Source: an uncultured Rhodospira sp.
GTDB taxonomy: Bacteria > Pseudomonadota > Alphaproteobacteria > Rhodospirillales > Rhodospirillaceae
Assembly (NCBI RefSeq): GCF_937138205.1
Contig: NZ_CAKZOT010000028.1
Coordinates: forward strand, 1-32,000
DNA: 32,000 nucleotides
Direction: 5' to 3'
The position numbers were made by a program, and so were the translations under genes. Below the pieces are notes generated by a model, which saw only the letters and a program-made list of their open reading frames with translations, was not told where the DNA came from and made no database searches. Within the stretch, counting starts at the first letter, position 1; every line of letters begins with the position of its first letter. Positions 23,300-31,459 of the stretch are shown here, one piece after another.

Positions 23300-23860
23300 G
23301 TGGGGCGCCGTCACGCCCATGGCGTCCTGGAGACCGCCGTCATCCTTTCCGACGATGCCGGGCAGTTCAATGTCGGCGAGCACGCGTCGTGCTGGGTCCA
23401 CGCCGAGCGGCTGGTTCACAAGCTCGACACCTTCACCGAGGCGGCCCGCCACGCCAAGGAAACGGTTCGGTCCCTGATCTGGCGGTTCTACACCGACCTG
23501 AAGGCCTACCGCGCCGCGCCCATGCCGCGCCGCAAGGCCGAACTGAAGGCCCGGTTCGCGCGCATCTTCAGGCGCCGAACCGGGTTCGTCACCCTGGGTC
23601 GCCTGCTGGCCCGACTGCGGGCCAACAGGGACGAACTCCTGCGCGTCCTGGATCGGCCGGAGATCCCGCTGCACACCAACGGCTCGGAAAACGACATCCG
23701 CTGCCATGTGACCCGCCGCAAGGTCAGCGCCACCACCCACAGCGACCACGGGCGAGACTGCCGTGACGCCTTCCTCGGCCTGAACAAGACCTGCCGCAAG
23801 CTCGGCGTCTCGTTCTGGGATGACCTCCACACGCGACTGGGATCCGATACGCTACGGACC
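23300..23860 (+). pseudogene. 5'-truncated DDE transposase fragment (IS66-like C-terminal half)
   Basis: ...VILSDDAGQFNVGEHASCWVHAERLVHKL...EIPLHTNGSENDIRCHVTRRKVSATTHSDHGRDCRDAFLGLNKTCRKLGVSFWDDLHTRLG follows the IS66-type C-terminal layout (sDgyxxY...CWaHxrR...; xNxxExxIRxxxxxRKxxxxxxSxxG...TCKxxGvxxxxYL). The N-terminal half, including the first catalytic Asp region, is missing. The reading frame then runs on without similarity into the convergent GT2 gene. The exact family is uncertain. Confidence 0.55.
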
Positions 23861-23931
23861 GCAGCCGGGCGCGGGTGTCGGGCGCCGAGGCCATGCGCCG
23901 CACGCACCGGACAGCGGCCCACGCCGACGGG

Positions 23932-24861
23932 CTATTTTCCGCCCGACCGGATCAACGCCCGGGCCGCATCCCACACGCCGCGCGGCTCCGCCGTCAGCAT
24001 CCCCGGCCACTCCATCACGGCCTGCGCCAGCATCCCCAGCGCCAGGCTGCGCGGCGCGCCGGCGCGGCGTTTGGCCACGGCCAGGGCGCGGCGGTGACGG
24101 GCGCGCGCCTTGTCCCGTCCGGTCGACGCGGCCGGATCGAGCGCGGCCGCGCGCTGCCACAGCCGGTCCCACGCGCCTATGGACGGCAGCGGCAGCGCCG
24201 CGGTCATCACCGGCGCCTCAGGCGGGAGAGACGCCTGCCCCAGCCTGAACACGGACCGCGGGCTGGCCTTCAGCGCACGTAGAATCCAGTCCTCGATCAT
24301 CGTTTCCGGCTGGGTCTCGTCGAAGCCGCCGACCATCTCCCACGCGGTCCGGGTCATCGCCAGCGGCGCCCCGTGTGTGGCGGCGATTCCGTCCATCAAC
24401 GCCGCCGGGGTCAGCGGGGCGACCGCCTCGTCGCCCGGATCGTGCCCGACCATCGCCGCCACGGTATCCGTCCGCCGCTCCAGAAGGTCCCAGCGCGTGC
24501 TCGCGATCGCCGGGGGAACGCAGGTTCCCGGCACGACGAAGGCCAGCACCGCGCCGCGCGCCAGCGTCGCGCCGGCGTTCAGGGCGGTGGTGACGGTCAG
24601 GCCCTCCGCGTGGTGCGGCCGCACGGTCGGGTCAAGGCGGACAAAGTCCCGGATGACCGCGCTGCACGCCGGCCCGAGGCCCGTATCGACGACGATCACC
24701 TCGTGCGACGGCCTGGTGATGGCCAGCATCGAGGTCAGCGTCTCGCGCAAGGCGCCGGGATCGGCCGAGCCCGCCACAATGAGGGAGACGACCGGTGTGT
24801 CGGGACCGGGTCCTCCGGGACCGCTTCCCGGATCGCCGAACAGTGGAAAGGGCATGTGCAT
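23932..24861 (-). CDS. Family 2 glycosyltransferase
   Basis: VSLIVAGSADPGALRETLTSMLAITRPSHEVIVVDTGLGPACSAVIRDF...ALNAGATLARGAVLAFVVPG is the GT-A fold N-terminal pattern (hhhPxxN.....L..sL.....eIIVVDdgS....; NxGxxxAxGxhhhFLDxD degenerated to VVPG). I favour the ATG at 24861 (GAGGAG 7 nt upstream); the track start at 25053 adds 64 implausible residues. Confidence 0.75.
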   Translation of the reverse strand: MHMPFPLFGDPGSGPGGPGPDTPVVSLIVAGSADPGALRETLTSMLAITRPSHEVIVVDTGLGPACSAVIRDFVRLDPTVRPHHAEGLTVTTALNAGATLARGAVLAFVVPGTCVPPAIASTRWDLLERRTDTVAAMVGHDPGDEAVAPLTPAALMDGIAATHGAPLAMTRTAWEMVGGFDETQPETMIEDWILRALKASPRSVFRLGQASLPPEAPVMTAALPLPSIGAWDRLWQRAAALDPAASTGRDKARARHRRALAVAKRRAGAPRSLALGMLAQAVMEWPGMLTAEPRGVWDAARALIRSGGK

Positions 24862-25602
24862 GGCGCCGCTCCTCGGGCAGATCGGCCCAGGCGGCGTCCC
24901 GGCTCGCGCGGGAGCGCGCGTCGGGCAGACCGTCAGGGGGAATGTGTTTCCCGAATAATGGCAAGTCGTGTGCCAACTGAAAAGGGGGGCTGTGCCGGCC
25001 GGACAAAAGATATATAGAATGGAGGTCGGATCGAGTTCGAGGTGTCGGCGCAAAGCAGTGCGCGGTCTGTTTTCGGCGGAGACTAACGGTCTGATCGACT
25101 TCCCGCTGCTTCCTTGTGTACTTTCTAGATTGTCCGTTGCGTATGTTTAATAATATGCCGGCCTTTTATTGGCTGGCGCGCGGGCCAGAGCGCGAGGAGG
25201 CGCCTCTTGTCGCAAGTGATCTTTGCTATAACAAATCCTGTTGTACAGTACCCGTTGGGCAATCCGGCGGCACGCCCGTCACCCCGACCATGCCATTTTG
25301 CGAAACACCCAAACGGCCCCCGGGATTTCGGCCTTTCTGACATCGGCGCGCGGTCAAAATGACCGATCGCCGAGATCGCTGAACGACACGTGCCGCACCC
25401 AAAGACCGCGTACCGGCCGACCGAAGCGTTGCGTCTTTGCCATGCGACGTGCGCCTTGGCGTCGGCGGCGTTCCATCTCCCCGGTGACGCTTCGCGTTGC
25501 GACTTGAAAGACCCGCTCGGCCGAATGGCCGCGCGTGTTGCGATCTCATCACAGGGTGGGGGCGAGAACTTTTGTCATCTTGTTTCCTTTGCCCCGCTGC
25601 CG

Positions 25603-25617
25603 GAACTAAAGTAGAAC
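25603..25617 (+). promoter_or_regulatory. Alphaproteobacterial-type SOS (LexA) box GAAC-N7-GAAC, distal
   Basis: GAACtaaagtaGAAC read directly. It matches the direct-repeat LexA operator consensus described for Rhodobacter/Rhizobium-type alphaproteobacteria and lies 226 nt upstream of the lexA ATG. Confidence 0.6.
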
Positions 25618-25702
25618 GAATGGAGGCGGAACGCGGGCGTTCGCCCTTGACGGGGATCACCCGCCGCCGGGGTAACGGGCCGGGGTGACGGTCCGTGACC
25701 AG

Positions 25703-25717
25703 GAACGACGAGCGAAC
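25703..25717 (+). promoter_or_regulatory. Second GAAC-N7-GAAC SOS box, proximal
   Basis: GAACgacgagcGAAC read directly. It is exactly 100 bp downstream of the first box and 126 nt upstream of the lexA ATG. Confidence 0.5.
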
Positions 25718-25842
25718 CGATGGGATCGGCGGTGCTCTGGGTGGAAGGCGCGCGGGCAGGCCCTGGGCCGGTCCGCTCAGAGGGAACAACAACAGCGACC
25801 GACGACACGCGCAATGGACGCCGGCGCAAGGGGCATAACGGC

Positions 25843-26571
25843 ATGTTGACGCGCAAGCAGCACGAACTCTTGGTCTTTCTCGACGAGCGTCTGAGTACCA
25901 CCGGAGTCGCGCCAAGCTTCGACGAGATGAAGGACGCGCTTGGTCTGCGCTCGAAGTCGGGCATCCACCGGCTGATCTCGGCACTGGAGGAACGCGGGTT
26001 TATCCGCCGCCTGCCCCACCGGGCGCGTGCCCTGGAGATCCTGCGCCGGCCGGGCGAGGCCGCCGAACCTGCCGTCGCCGAGTCGCGCCCGCCGGAGCCG
26101 GCGGTGCATGGCCACTTTGACCCAAAGGTCATCCGGGGCGATTTCAGTGGCCACAGCCTGCCGAGTGCCACGGTCCGCGAGGCCATCGACGCCGTGCACC
26201 TGCCGCTGTTGGGCAAGATCGCCGCCGGTACACCCATCGCCGCCCTGTCCGATGCTTCCAACCTGATCGAGGTGCCCGCCGGGCTGCTGGGGCGGGGCGA
26301 TCACTATGCCTTGCAAGTGGATGGCGATTCGATGATCGATGCCGGCATCCTGGACGGCGACACGGTGCTGATCCGCAGTTGCGATATGGCCGACTCCGGC
26401 GCCATCGTGGTCGCGTTGGTGGACGATCACGAGGCAACCCTCAAGCGCCTGCGCCGCAAGGGCCAGTCGATCGCCCTGGAGCCCGCGAATCCGGCGTACC
26501 GGACGCAGGTGCTGCCAGCGGACAGGGTCAAGGTGCAGGGGCGCCTGGTGGGCCTGATGCGGCAGTATTAG
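25843..26571 (+). CDS. lexA: LexA repressor (SOS regulator, S24 self-cleaving peptidase)
   Basis: [66 protein letters not shown] is the LexA winged-HTH. The cleavage site is [13 protein letters not shown] (Ala-Gly). The S24 catalytic residues are in [13 protein letters not shown] (Ser) and ATLKRL (Lys). I chose the ATG at 25843 rather than the track start at 25720. Confidence 0.95.
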   Translation: MLTRKQHELLVFLDERLSTTGVAPSFDEMKDALGLRSKSGIHRLISALEERGFIRRLPHRARALEILRRPGEAAEPAVAESRPPEPAVHGHFDPKVIRGDFSGHSLPSATVREAIDAVHLPLLGKIAAGTPIAALSDASNLIEVPAGLLGRGDHYALQVDGDSMIDAGILDGDTVLIRSCDMADSGAIVVALVDDHEATLKRLRRKGQSIALEPANPAYRTQVLPADRVKVQGRLVGLMRQY

Positions 26572-26632
26572 AGCAGATCGTGAACACTCTGAATCACCTC
26601 GTGTTTCAGAGTGTTCACGTGAGTGTGCTCTA
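26569..26632 (+). terminator. Large palindromic element overlapping the lexA stop (likely terminator or repeat element)
   Basis: A perfect 14-bp inverted repeat, gtgaacactctgaa (26580-26593) / ttcagagtgttcac (26605-26618), is nested inside tagagca (26569-26575) / tgctcta (26626-26632). Its right half recurs at 29686-29713. Confidence 0.5.
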
Positions 26633-26645
26633 AATCGAATATTTG

Positions 26646-26705
26646 GGGCGGATTCACGTGTCCCATTTACCCTGCCGAGCGGGTCAAATGGGACGCGATC
26701 CGCCC
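26646..26705. repeat. Second long imperfect hairpin containing a TTCACGTG core
   Basis: gggcggat-tcacgt-gtcccattt-accc ... gggtc-aaatgggac-gc-gatccgccc. The arms gggcggat/atccgccc and gtcccattt/aaatgggac pair perfectly. Confidence 0.4.
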
Positions 26706-27220
26706 TAGACCTGTGCACCATTGCCGGCCTGGACGCGGCGTGACGCGGCAAGGGGCGGAGGCGGAGGCGGACCCGCTCAGGGAAGCAGGTCCCGGAGGGG
26801 AGCGGCCCTGGCAGATCGGTCGCCGCAAGTCCGCCGCCGTATGGTATAGTGCCGTGACTGACCCTATGTCGTTCCTTGGTCGCAATCACCGACCCGTGTC
26901 GGGCAAGTGATCAACAGGGCGCCGGACGAGGGGGTCGGGAGCGCGGCAGCCTGCGTTCGCATTCCACGGTGTGAGCCGACCGTGGTTGGTCACGGATGAT
27001 CGCTGCGCGGCGTGGCCCGCTTGCACTCCGGACTCCGGCCGGGGCGTGGGCGGGTCTCGGCATGGGCCGGTCCGGTGCAATGAAACCGACGGAGCAGGTC
27101 TCCCTCTACCATCGCGGGGCCGGCCTATGAAAGGCGCGTTTGGCGAGGGGCATTGCCGGAAAAGCGGGCATCAACCAACTGCTCGAGTCGAACTTGGTGG
27201 TCATTTGTGCGACGTGGCGG

Positions 27221-27226
27221 TATAAT
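27221..27226 (+). promoter_or_regulatory. Candidate -10 hexamer TATAAT upstream of the DUF2336 gene
   Basis: A perfect TATAAT lies 24 nt upstream of the ATG at 27250. I found no convincing -35 at 17 bp spacing, so this is weak. Confidence 0.25.
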
Positions 27227-27249
27227 GATCCAGTTGGTGAGTGTGGGCG

Positions 27250-28449
27250 ATGACGGATCAGGGGGACAACGACGTGTACGGAAACAGTGCCCCGTCGGCC
27301 AAGAACCCGAGCGCTTCGCTTGGGGAAACCGGGCAATTTGACACCCGGCATCTGCTGGAACTGGCACGCCAGCGATCGCAGGAGTCGCGCGAGTCGCTGG
27401 CCTCCTTCATGATGGATTTGTTGGACGGGCGTCCCGGCACGCTGTCCGACAGCGAACGCTCGCTGATGAGCGACATCCTGCGCACCATCATTTTCACGGT
27501 GGAGCGGTCGATCCGCGACCGCCTGGTCAGTGTCTTGGCCGACATCAAGGGCTGCCCCCATGACCTGATCTGGTTCCTGGCCAACGAACCGATCGAGATC
27601 GCCTATCCCATCCTCCTGCGCAGTAAAGTGTTGCGCGACGAGGATCTCATCGAACTGATCAAGCACAAGGCGATTGAGCATCGGTTAACGATCGCCAAAC
27701 GGGCCAATCTTTCCGAGACCGTGTCGGACACCATCGCGCACATCGGCGAGTCCGAAGTCATTGTCGAAATGCTGCGCAACGAGACGGCGGCCATCGCCGA
27801 GGCGACGCTGGCCTACCTGGTGGAGCGGTCGCGAACGGAACGGACGTTCCACGAGCCCCTGGTCAAACGGCCAGAAATGACCACTGAGTTGGCGCAGAAG
27901 CTGTACCACTGGGTTTCCGCCGCGTTGCGCCAGTACATCCTGGCGAACTGGGCGGTTCCCGCCGCGACCATCGACGAAAGCCTGGAAACCGTTCTGGAAG
28001 ACACGGCGATCCTCAAGGACGAGGACGGCGTCGAGGTGCGGGCGGATGCCTTAGCGCAGGCGGTGGTGGGTGATCGGGACCGCCTCAAGCGGCTGGTCAT
28101 TTCTTCGATGGCCGTGGGCGATATTCGTCTGGTCGTCTCGCTGATCAGCACGTCCCTTGGCCTGCGCAAGGTACTGGTGCGCCGCGTTCTGGTCGAACGC
28201 ACCAGCGAATCGCTGGCCATCGTGTGCCGGGCCTTGGGTATGACCTGCCGCGAGTTCCTGGATTTCAGTGCCGCCGCCGCGCGCCTGAAGGCCCACGCGT
28301 CCGGCCGCTTGGACGAAGACCCCGCGACCCTGTCCGACTTTTTCGACCGCGTCAGCGAGGAAACGGCCCTGTCCGTGATCTCTCACTGGTGTCGTCAACC
28401 GGGCTTTCTTGGCGCCGTGCGCGACCTGGAGGCGTGGCGGAATGACTGA
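27250..28449 (+). CDS. DUF2336-family protein (alphaproteobacterial helical-repeat protein)
   Basis: The pattern LSDSERSLMSDILRTIIFTVERSIRDRL...LANEPIEIAYPILLRSKVLRDEDLIELIKHK...LSETVSDTIAHIGESEVIVEMLRN... resembles DUF2336 repeats (LAxDxxIxVAxPVLxxSxxLxDxDL). The start is ATG 27250 or GTG 27241. Confidence 0.7.
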   Translation: MTDQGDNDVYGNSAPSAKNPSASLGETGQFDTRHLLELARQRSQESRESLASFMMDLLDGRPGTLSDSERSLMSDILRTIIFTVERSIRDRLVSVLADIKGCPHDLIWFLANEPIEIAYPILLRSKVLRDEDLIELIKHKAIEHRLTIAKRANLSETVSDTIAHIGESEVIVEMLRNETAAIAEATLAYLVERSRTERTFHEPLVKRPEMTTELAQKLYHWVSAALRQYILANWAVPAATIDESLETVLEDTAILKDEDGVEVRADALAQAVVGDRDRLKRLVISSMAVGDIRLVVSLISTSLGLRKVLVRRVLVERTSESLAIVCRALGMTCREFLDFSAAAARLKAHASGRLDEDPATLSDFFDRVSEETALSVISHWCRQPGFLGAVRDLEAWRND

Positions 28450-29605
28450 GGTGCTTCGGTATTCCGATATCGGGCAAGCAAAATGGACTGAACCTCACGA
28501 CGTTCGTTACCTCGCCCTGACGACGATCCTTCCGTACATTGTCTGGGAAACCGATCCCCAGGACAGGGTGCGGTTTATCTCAAGCCTTTCTTTGGAAGTG
28601 CTGCAGCGGCACCCCTCGGAACTGATCGGCGAAGCGTTCAGTTCTGTGTTCGAGGATCGGTCCTGGACCCTGAACGCGCATTTACGACGGGCCGGCAGGG
28701 TGCCGACGGGCGAGGGCCCCTTGAGCCCGATGCATCAAGCTCGGACCGTTCGCGGCACGCCCCTTTACTGCCGGGTCGAAGGCCGGCGCTGCTTCAATCC
28801 AAGCACGGGCCAGTTGATCGGCAAGATCGGAATCGCGGAATTCGAACCACAGGAGACCATGCGCCGGGCCGTTGCCGGCGGCTTGGCCGACGCCCTGTCC
28901 AAGGGGTTGCTGGGCGTCGTCCTGGTGGACGGGCAGGGCACGGTTCGGTTCGCCAACCCGGTGTTCCTGCGTGCGGTTGGCGCGGATGACGCCCCGCCGG
29001 TCGGGCGCCGGCTGTCGGAATACCTTCAGATGCCGTCGCCCTGCACGCCCACGGAGTCAGGCAAGGGCGTCTGGCACAGGATGCAGACCGTCGTGAAGCG
29101 GGATGGGATCCCGCATCCCCTGGTGGCCGTGTTCAGCGTCCTTCGGGGTGAGCGGGGCTGCCAACTGGTGATCCTGGTGGACGAACATGCGCGCCACCTG
29201 GCCGCCTCCCTGCTCAATGACGCGGACGGAGCCGACGCCGTTCTTTTTGAGTACGCGGAATCGCTGCTCGCCGGGTTCGACGATCTGTGGACGGAGGTCA
29301 TTGGCCTCCTGGAGGGCGCTCCGACCGCCACGGGCCAAGCGACGGCTTCGTCCGCCGGGGGCGACCCTGCGCACGAGGCGGACGCCGAAGTCCCGAACGA
29401 TGTGCTGACGACCCTGACCGGCCGGCAGGCCCAGGTGCTCCAGCTTCTGGCCTGCGGTCACACCAACAAGGAAATCGGCCGCGAGCTCGGTATTTCCGAG
29501 GCGACGGTCAAGACCCATGTCCGGTCGCTCATGGATGCCCTGGGCGCCGGCAACCGAACGTCCGCCGCGGCGCTCGCCTCCCGTTACTTCCCCCCGAATT
29601 CCTAG
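28442..29605 (+). CDS. LuxR-family transcriptional regulator with N-terminal PAS-like sensor domains
   Basis: The C-terminal HTH is LTGRQAQVLQLLACGHTNKEIGRELGISEATVKTHVRSLMDALGAGNRTSAA (GerE/LuxR type). There are two PAS-like segments: IVWETDPQDRVRFISSLSLEVLQRHPSELIG and VVLVDGQGTVRFANPVFLRAVG. ATG at 28442 has GGAGG 9 nt upstream and overlaps the upstream stop by 8 nt. Confidence 0.85.
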   Translation: MTEVLRYSDIGQAKWTEPHDVRYLALTTILPYIVWETDPQDRVRFISSLSLEVLQRHPSELIGEAFSSVFEDRSWTLNAHLRRAGRVPTGEGPLSPMHQARTVRGTPLYCRVEGRRCFNPSTGQLIGKIGIAEFEPQETMRRAVAGGLADALSKGLLGVVLVDGQGTVRFANPVFLRAVGADDAPPVGRRLSEYLQMPSPCTPTESGKGVWHRMQTVVKRDGIPHPLVAVFSVLRGERGCQLVILVDEHARHLAASLLNDADGADAVLFEYAESLLAGFDDLWTEVIGLLEGAPTATGQATASSAGGDPAHEADAEVPNDVLTTLTGRQAQVLQLLACGHTNKEIGRELGISEATVKTHVRSLMDALGAGNRTSAAALASRYFPPNS

Positions 29606-29665
29606 TGCATTGATCCAGACAAAAGATGCAACGCACATCATTTGCCTGGATCGAAAATGCACTAG
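29602..29665 (+). terminator. Stem-loop overlapping the LuxR-gene stop
   Basis: ctagtgcattgatccag (29602-29618) pairs with ctggatcgaaaatgcactag (29646-29665), with a 3-nt bulge. The loop is ~27 nt and there is no T-tract. Confidence 0.35.
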
Positions 29666-29685
29666 ATTCCGCCCTAACTATTCGA

Positions 29686-29713
29686 TTCAGAGTTTTCACG
29701 TGAATCTGCTCTA
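29686..29713. repeat. Second copy of the 28-nt CACGTG-core element seen at 26605-26632
   Basis: ttcagagttttcacgtgaatctgctcta versus ttcagagtgttcacgtgagtgtgctcta, 25 of 28 identical by eye. It contains the perfect palindrome TTCACGTGAA and is followed by ctctaga-N8-tctagag. Confidence 0.6.
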
Positions 29714-30084
29714 GAGTCTTTCTTCTAGAGAGCCGCACCGGCGCGCCTCGGTATCGTCGCGCGCTGACTCTTTGGCGCGAGCGATACGACGCGCGGCTGG
29801 CGGCGCGTCGGACGACTGCATTGCGTCCCCGCATAGTCTCGACTGGTAGGGCTCCCCCTTGAAAATGGAACGGGACAGGATTCCATTTCCGTGCAATGTG
29901 CTCTATCGTGCGGGTGCTTCGAAACCCAACGCGTCATTTCGGTTGAGTCTTGATCCCTTCCGTGAGGTTGCCCTGTGGGTCGATTGAAATCCTCTTGCCG
30001 GGCGCCCGGATGGAGACGCAGGACGAAAGCGCCAAGACCCAACGGACGTGATCCGAGATCCTCGGCGGCGAAAGGCCCATCGCC

Positions 30085-30417
30085 ATGGCGAAAGAAATGC
30101 GTCGGATTCTGTTGTCCGAGGCGGAATTTACGGATGCACTGCGGCGCTTCGTCCGGGCGCGGGATCAGGTGTTTCATGGGGCGGCCCTGCAGACCAGCCG
30201 CGTGACGAGCGCGGATCCGCTTGAGGTCGAGGTCGTCGTGCAGCATAGGGACCGCCAGGAACAGGTTATGACGCTGAGCGCGACGCTGCTCGCGGCGGCG
30301 GTCATCCGCTTTTGCATGGAACAGCGCATCCCCTTGCCGCGCGCCGCCGAAAAGTCGGTCCGGCGTGTATCGGGGGGCGTTGCCCTGGACATGCAGATCG
30401 ACCTGTCGCCGGGCTGA
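30085..30417 (+). CDS. Hypothetical small protein (110 aa)
   Basis: The ORF has high third-position GC and a balanced, non-Arg/Pro-biased composition (MAKEMRRILLSEAEFTDALRRFVRARDQVF...LLAAAVIRFCMEQRIPLPRAAEKSV...). I recognise no motif, and the RBS is weak (GAAAGG). Confidence 0.5.
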   Translation: MAKEMRRILLSEAEFTDALRRFVRARDQVFHGAALQTSRVTSADPLEVEVVVQHRDRQEQVMTLSATLLAAAVIRFCMEQRIPLPRAAEKSVRRVSGGVALDMQIDLSPG

Positions 30418-30604
30418 CGCGCCCACCCCACGGCGCCCCCTGCCCGGGACGCGCGGCACGGGACCGTCGCCAACGCCCAAGGCCGAATTCGGCTCATGCC
30501 TGGGCGGAGAACTCCTCGTTTGTGGCCTGGACGGCCGTGATCCACCTTGGTGGCATGGGCCGGCGCCTTTCGCGCCCGCCGACCGACCGCAAGGAGATCG
30601 CGCG

Positions 30605-30859
30605 ATGACCCACGCCACGTGTTCCGTTCCACCCCGGATCGCGCCCGCCTCGACGGCGTTGCCGCGCGCGGTGTCGGCCAGCCGGCACGCCACCATGCAA
30701 TCGGCCGCGGCCGGCCTGGCACGCTTGGTCGTGGCTTGGCGCCACCGCGCCCGCTCGCGCGCCCAGCTCCAGGCCATGGACGACCGCATGTTGCGCGACA
30801 TCGGCCTCGATCATCTGAGCGCCTGGGACGAGGCCCGCAAGCCGTTCTGGGTGCCGTAA
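30605..30859 (+). CDS. DUF1127 domain-containing small protein
   Basis: The C-terminus LVVAWRHRARSRAQLQAMDDRMLRDIGLDHLSAWDEARKPFW matches the DUF1127 signature (WxxRxRxRxxLxxLDDRxLxDIGLxRxxxxxEAxKPFW). ATG at 30605 has AAGGAGA 7 nt upstream; the longer track ORF (from 30365) is rejected. Confidence 0.75.
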   Translation: MTHATCSVPPRIAPASTALPRAVSASRHATMQSAAAGLARLVVAWRHRARSRAQLQAMDDRMLRDIGLDHLSAWDEARKPFWVP

Positions 30860-30900
30860 GGGCGACCAAGGGGATCGCGGCGACCGCGACCGACCGGACT

Positions 30901-30927
30901 CGGGGGGTGCTTGGCGCCCCCCGTTTG
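30901..30927 (+). terminator. Rho-independent terminator after the DUF1127 gene
   Basis: cggggggtgc-ttg-gcgccccccg followed by tttg. It is nested inside a longer inverted repeat, cgaccaagggga (30863-30874) / tccccttggtcg (30941-30952). Confidence 0.6.
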
Positions 30928-31084
30928 CGTGTGCGCGCTCCCCTTGGTCGGCGCGGCGCGGACACGCCCGCCGCCAAGCGGATGAGTCCGGTCATGCGTC
31001 TGCTCACGGGCATGGTCTTGGCCACACCGACCGATTACACTCGGGGCCGGTTGACCCCTCCGGATCGCAGGAGCGCCGCCCGCC

Positions 31085-31402
31085 ATGACCGCGTCGCCAG
31101 GGCCTGTCCCGCCCGAGTCCGATCCCGTCCCGTCGTCAAGCGAGACCAAGCAGCTCGCCGCGCTGCTGCCGCGCGACCACGCCGTCGACGTGCGGCTGTC
31201 CATTCCCGTGTTCGGGCGCCGATACTACTTCGTGGTGCTGGCCGGCACCGAACTGCGCAGCGCCGCGCGCCGCGCCCGCGAGCGCACGTTGCATCCCCTG
31301 CTGACCCTGGGCAACGTGCTGTTCCTGGGTGGCGTGGTCGCCGCCATCTATGCGTTCAGCCTGGTGGTGCTGGTGGTCCTGAACGGAATGACGGCCGGGT
31401 AG
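31085..31402 (+). CDS. Hypothetical small membrane protein (105 aa)
   Basis: AGGAG 11 nt upstream of the ATG and high GC3. A C-terminal hydrophobic helix, LLTLGNVLFLGGVVAAIYAFSLVVLVVL, follows a basic segment (RSAARRARER). No family is recognised. Confidence 0.55.
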   Translation: MTASPGPVPPESDPVPSSSETKQLAALLPRDHAVDVRLSIPVFGRRYYFVVLAGTELRSAARRARERTLHPLLTLGNVLFLGGVVAAIYAFSLVVLVVLNGMTAG

Positions 31403-31459
31403 GGACGGCCGGCCCTTCTCGGCGATCGCCGCCTATGATCCAGACCAGGAGCCTTCTTC

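Noticed and set aside
23252-23830. 192-aa minus-strand ORF
   Set aside because: It is antisense to the IS66-like fragment and has no motif.
23861-24097. 3' extension of the transposase-like ORF (23300-24097)
   Set aside because: Similarity to transposases ends near ...FWDDLHTRLG (~23842). The remainder is read-through that overlaps the convergent GT2 gene.
25238-25248. CTGTtgtACAG, resembling the E. coli-type LexA box
   Set aside because: The spacing is N3 rather than N8, and the alphaproteobacterial operator is GAAC-N7-GAAC. This is most likely a chance palindrome.
25777-26889. 370-aa minus-strand ORF, and 25226-25984 / 25575-26261 on the minus strand
   Set aside because: They are antisense to lexA or lie over its SOS-box region. 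The translations are Arg/Pro/Ser-rich junk.
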